A stretch of 27,610 nucleotides of DNA from a virus (Duplodnaviria > Caudoviricetes). Below, piece after piece: positions 24,616-27,610 of this stretch (within the stretch, counting starts at the first letter, position 1; every line of letters starts with the position of its first letter). The position numbers and the translations under genes were made by a program. The DNA lies in IMG/VR virus record IMGVR_UViG_3300043464_001365, positions 1-27,610 of that record. The stretch is one strand, 5' to 3'. The notes below the pieces were generated by a model that was not told the origin of the DNA, made no database searches, and saw only the letters and a list, made by a program, of their open reading frames with translations.

Positions 24616-27042
24616 CTAGGAAAAGAAGTAGGTCGATTTCAGCACTTCTTCGACGTTGAAAGTGCCCCGTTCCGGCGGATCGTCGATGCGAAGGTGGGGG
24701 TACTTGCCGCGCCAGTACCGGACGGCCATGTCCAGTGGTCGCATGTCACGATGGAGGGTGACGAACGTCTCGCGGGCGATCGGGCCGAGTTGGTTGCCGT
24801 GCTGGGCGTGGGTCTTGTAGCAGTCGTGGACGCCGGCGAACGCGATCCCGGCTTGGCCGCAACGGTGGGCGGTCATGAACAGGTGCGTCGAATCGACGCT
24901 GTGAATGAAGTTAGGAGCGCACGCCGTCGATTGCTTCTTGGGGTGCGGCGGCACGGCGTCGAGCCGGATCCGTAGCCGCCCCATCTTCGTCGTGATCGTC
25001 GCCATGCGGTCGCGCTTGTAGGGCTGGACCACGGGGAACCCCAGCGGCGTCACCCAGTCGACCAGGTGCCCGTCCTCGGCGATCGTCTTGGCCGTCTTCT
25101 TGAGGTGTTCCATGTAGGCACGAGCCCGCTCGAACAGCGTCCCGATCGCCTCCATCGTCGTGTTCGCCAAGAGCACGCTCGCCTTGAACGTCTCGTCTTT
25201 CTGGAACCCCGACTCCTTGATCTGGTCGTAGACCTGCTCGCGGGCGCCGATCGCGGTCACGCCGTACACGGTCGTCATGGCGGGCTGCTTCACCACGTCG
25301 TCGTCGACGATCTCTCGGAGCCGCTGGGCAAGCGGATGGTCCGACGCGGCCAAGAGCCCGCGGACCTTGACAGCGATGTCGTTGTACGGCCGGTTCGGTC
25401 GCTCGCCGTCGTAGAGGTTCGAGAGCCGGGCGCCGACCTCGTCACAACTGATCGCCGAGTAGTTCTGGAGCCCGTTGAAGGTGCCGTCGACGCCGTACAT
25501 CAGGTGGGCGGCTCGTTCGGGGTTTCGGAGGGCCATGCACGCGGCGAGGAACTGGAATGGCTTCTTGGCCCCGAGCCACCATCGCTCGTCCAATGGCTTC
25601 TCCGCCGACTTGAGGATCATCGCCAAGTTGTCGTAGGTCCACTGGATCCGCTCGTCGAACGGGAGCTTGTCGAGACCGCCGTGCTTCCAGAAGTTCGCGG
25701 CCTGAATCGCCACGTTCTTCATGCCTTCGGAGTCGCACGGGACGCCCTCGGCGAACTCAAGGAGCCCGCGGGGGATGTCGTTCCCGTGATGGTTGAGGTA
25801 CATCGGGATCGGGTAGGCCCGCTGGCGCCAGTCGCACTTGTGGGGGAAGTAGAGCTTCGGCCAGTGTCGGACGGCCTTGGTCATGCCGTCCAGGTACTCG
25901 TAGAGGCGACGGTGTCCGAGTTCCTTCTTGTTGAACGAGTGGATCTTCGCCGCCTCTTTCTTCCAGAGCTTCTTCGCCTCCGCCTCCTCCGGGCAGGGCT
26001 CGGGCTCCACGTCGAATCGGTGGGGGAGACCGGCGATCGCGCCGCCCTCCTTGTAGAGCTGGGCGACGACGACGGCCATCTCGGGGTTGACCCGCATGGG
26101 CGTGGCGCCGAGCGACGCCAGGCACTCGTGGAAGTGGTCGAGTTTGTCGCCGGCGTCGCGAAGGGCGTCGCGCTGTTCACGGGTCGCGTTGGCGATGACG
26201 GGCGTGCGGAGTTCGGTGTAGCCTGCACGCGTCGCGCCTTGGCCCTTGAACGGCGGGACGACCATCGGGTGATAGACAGGCCGACAGTGGGCGATGGTCT
26301 CGTGGTCCTTCTCGACGGCGGACAGAACCCGCTCGTCCAAATAAACGATCGGCTTCGGCCTTCCAACTGCCCGCCCATGCCGGTCCACCTTTGTCACTGT
26401 CTTGTGGTGGAACGCCAGCTTGAACGGCTTCTCGTCGTAGCCGCCGGCGCACGCGTTCTTGACGACGCACCAGAACAACTCCATGCCGATGTGCATGAGG
26501 ACGGCGCGGTCGTAGATCGCGTTCTCGTCGTTGATCTTGGCGAACCAGTTCACCTTCTCGGCGGTGAGCTGGTACTTCTTCTGGTAGTGCCCGAGCTTCT
26601 TGAACAGGTGGGTCCGCTTCTCCTTGGACCACAGGGCCATCTGTGCCTCGGCCAGCACCTCGCGGCCGATCGCGTTCACGATGACGTGCTTCGACACGCC
26701 CTCGGGCTCGACGGCGCAGCGAGAGAACATGACCCGCATCACGATCGACGCGAGCTTCTTGGCGCTGAGGATCAGGAACACGGCGCCGTAGTCGCGGTGT
26801 CCCGGTCCGGCGTTCTGCCCGCGGCGGAGCTTCGCCTGGGTGCGGCGGATCTCCAGTGCGACCGGCAGATACCAATGTGCGAGCCATCGCTGTCCGGGCG
26901 GCAGCGCGTGGGCGTCGCCGCGGCCTTCGGACTTGCGACGCTCCTGCCGGTATCGCTGGATTCCGAGCTTGACGGCCTCGCGTTCGAGACCGATCTGTTC
27001 ATGCCACTGCGTTCCCGCCAGAAGCGGGCTCGTCGTCACCAT
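24616..27042 (-). CDS. Single-subunit T7/T3-like DNA-directed RNA polymerase (808 aa)
   Basis: PMVVPP, DWRQRAY, motif A DGTFNGLQ, motif B K..AMT.VYG, APNFIHS.D, motif C VHDC, terminal YFFS; GGAGGTG SD. Confidence 0.97.
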   Translation of the reverse strand: MVTTSPLLAGTQWHEQIGLEREAVKLGIQRYRQERRKSEGRGDAHALPPGQRWLAHWYLPVALEIRRTQAKLRRGQNAGPGHRDYGAVFLILSAKKLASIVMRVMFSRCAVEPEGVSKHVIVNAIGREVLAEAQMALWSKEKRTHLFKKLGHYQKKYQLTAEKVNWFAKINDENAIYDRAVLMHIGMELFWCVVKNACAGGYDEKPFKLAFHHKTVTKVDRHGRAVGRPKPIVYLDERVLSAVEKDHETIAHCRPVYHPMVVPPFKGQGATRAGYTELRTPVIANATREQRDALRDAGDKLDHFHECLASLGATPMRVNPEMAVVVAQLYKEGGAIAGLPHRFDVEPEPCPEEAEAKKLWKKEAAKIHSFNKKELGHRRLYEYLDGMTKAVRHWPKLYFPHKCDWRQRAYPIPMYLNHHGNDIPRGLLEFAEGVPCDSEGMKNVAIQAANFWKHGGLDKLPFDERIQWTYDNLAMILKSAEKPLDERWWLGAKKPFQFLAACMALRNPERAAHLMYGVDGTFNGLQNYSAISCDEVGARLSNLYDGERPNRPYNDIAVKVRGLLAASDHPLAQRLREIVDDDVVKQPAMTTVYGVTAIGAREQVYDQIKESGFQKDETFKASVLLANTTMEAIGTLFERARAYMEHLKKTAKTIAEDGHLVDWVTPLGFPVVQPYKRDRMATITTKMGRLRIRLDAVPPHPKKQSTACAPNFIHSVDSTHLFMTAHRCGQAGIAFAGVHDCYKTHAQHGNQLGPIARETFVTLHRDMRPLDMAVRYWRGKYPHLRIDDPPERGTFNVEEVLKSTYFFS

Positions 27043-27286
27043 CTGTCACCTCCAGTTCGCCGGCGAAAATCTGTTCGATCACGTCCAGCACGTCGCGTAG
27101 ATGAAAGCTCCCCGACCGGGAGATCATCGCCATCCGTGGCACGCCGTGCTTGGCTCTGAATCGACGCAATGAGTTGACGTTCTTCATGCCCATCAGGTCG
27201 GCGGCCTCGCTCATCGAGAGGACGTGGGGCGCGGGCTTTCCGCTACGAAGAACGGGGTGATAGGGGAGTCTGGTTGTCTCGTTCAT
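26999..27286 (-). CDS. Excisionase/MerR-type helix-turn-helix DNA-binding protein (95 aa)
   Basis: LSMSEAADLMG....SLRR....G.P......F...DV pattern; ATG 1 nt after the upstream TAG. Confidence 0.65.
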   Translation of the reverse strand: MNETTRLPYHPVLRSGKPAPHVLSMSEAADLMGMKNVNSLRRFRAKHGVPRMAMISRSGSFHLRDVLDVIEQIFAGELEVTDGDDEPASGGNAVA

Positions 27287-27287
27287 G

Positions 27288-27479
27288 CTACTTGCCTCCT
27301 GCCCGCGTTCGTGCCTTCTTCGCCGCGGGCTTGCGGGTGAGGATGTCAACGAGTTCGCTTTTCTGGATGTACCAGCGGTCGCGTGCGGCCCGACTTAGCA
27401 ACTCCCTCACCAGCCTCACCGTCTCCGCGTCGTGGGAGGCTTGGTCGATGAACTGGGTTTCGGCTTTACGCTTTACCAT
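27288..27479 (-). CDS. Hypothetical protein (63 aa)
   Basis: AAGGAGG SD, ATG, tight packing with neighbours. Confidence 0.7.
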   Translation of the reverse strand: MVKRKAETQFIDQASHDAETVRLVRELLSRAARDRWYIQKSELVDILTRKPAAKKARTRAGGK

Positions 27480-27537
27480 TGGTCGCCTCCTTCACCTCAA
27501 CGCCAGCGGCGGCGAGGGCTTCAATGTCGTTGCTCAT
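27466..27537 (-). CDS. Micro-ORF, 23 aa (MSNDIEALAAAGVEVKEATNGKA)
   Basis: ATGA-coupled to the upstream gene, overlaps the downstream start. Confidence 0.35.
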   Translation of the reverse strand: MSNDIEALAAAGVEVKEATNGKA

Positions 27538-27610
27538 GCTGCCACCGTCCTTTCAATGTGTCCCTTGATCGCCTCGTACACCTTCTGCGGGTCGATCGCC
27601 TCGCCGTCGA
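27534..27610 (-). CDS. C-terminus of a gene entering from the right edge (...DGEAIDPQKVYEAIKGHIERTVAA)
   Basis: Open frame with phage-like codon usage ending in TGA at 27534. Confidence 0.6.
   Translation of the reverse strand, partial: DGEAIDPQKVYEAIKGHIERTVAA

Noticed and set aside
1749-26887. Arg/Pro/His-rich alternative-frame minus-strand ORFs (e.g. 1749-3143, 8543-9568, 14614-15639)
   Set aside because: Off-frame shadows fully overlapping recognisable genes
1334-27159. Many long plus-strand ORFs (e.g. 1334-2821, 17252-19108, 19172-20878, 22451-24097, 25066-27159)
   Set aside because: Antisense shadows of high-GC3 minus-strand genes; V/G/D/E-biased sequence with no motifs

Overview
About 27.6 kb of a high-GC T7-like podovirus (Autographiviridae-like) genome, with all credible genes on the minus strand. 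In transcription order (right to left): small ORFs and an excisionase-type HTH gene; a single-subunit RNA polymerase placed just before the morphogenesis genes (phiKMV-like layout); a permuted papain-fold protein; gp6.5- and gp7.3-like genes; portal; scaffold; a structured leader; major capsid and a probable decoration protein; and a Tphi-like terminator. An atypical five-gene block follows (CE4 deacetylase-domain protein, GH56/hyaluronidase-like hydrolase, lipoprotein with C-terminal TM, holin-like protein, beta-rich virion protein). After it come tail tube A, tail tube B split into two genes, three internal virion proteins, small terminase, a metallophosphoesterase and large terminase. A repeat-rich non-coding region (probable genome termini junction) then leads to a host-type promoter and the first early genes. 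No T7-type gp17 tail fibre or classical endolysin was recognised in the window. All family assignments come from motif recognition by eye, not database searches.
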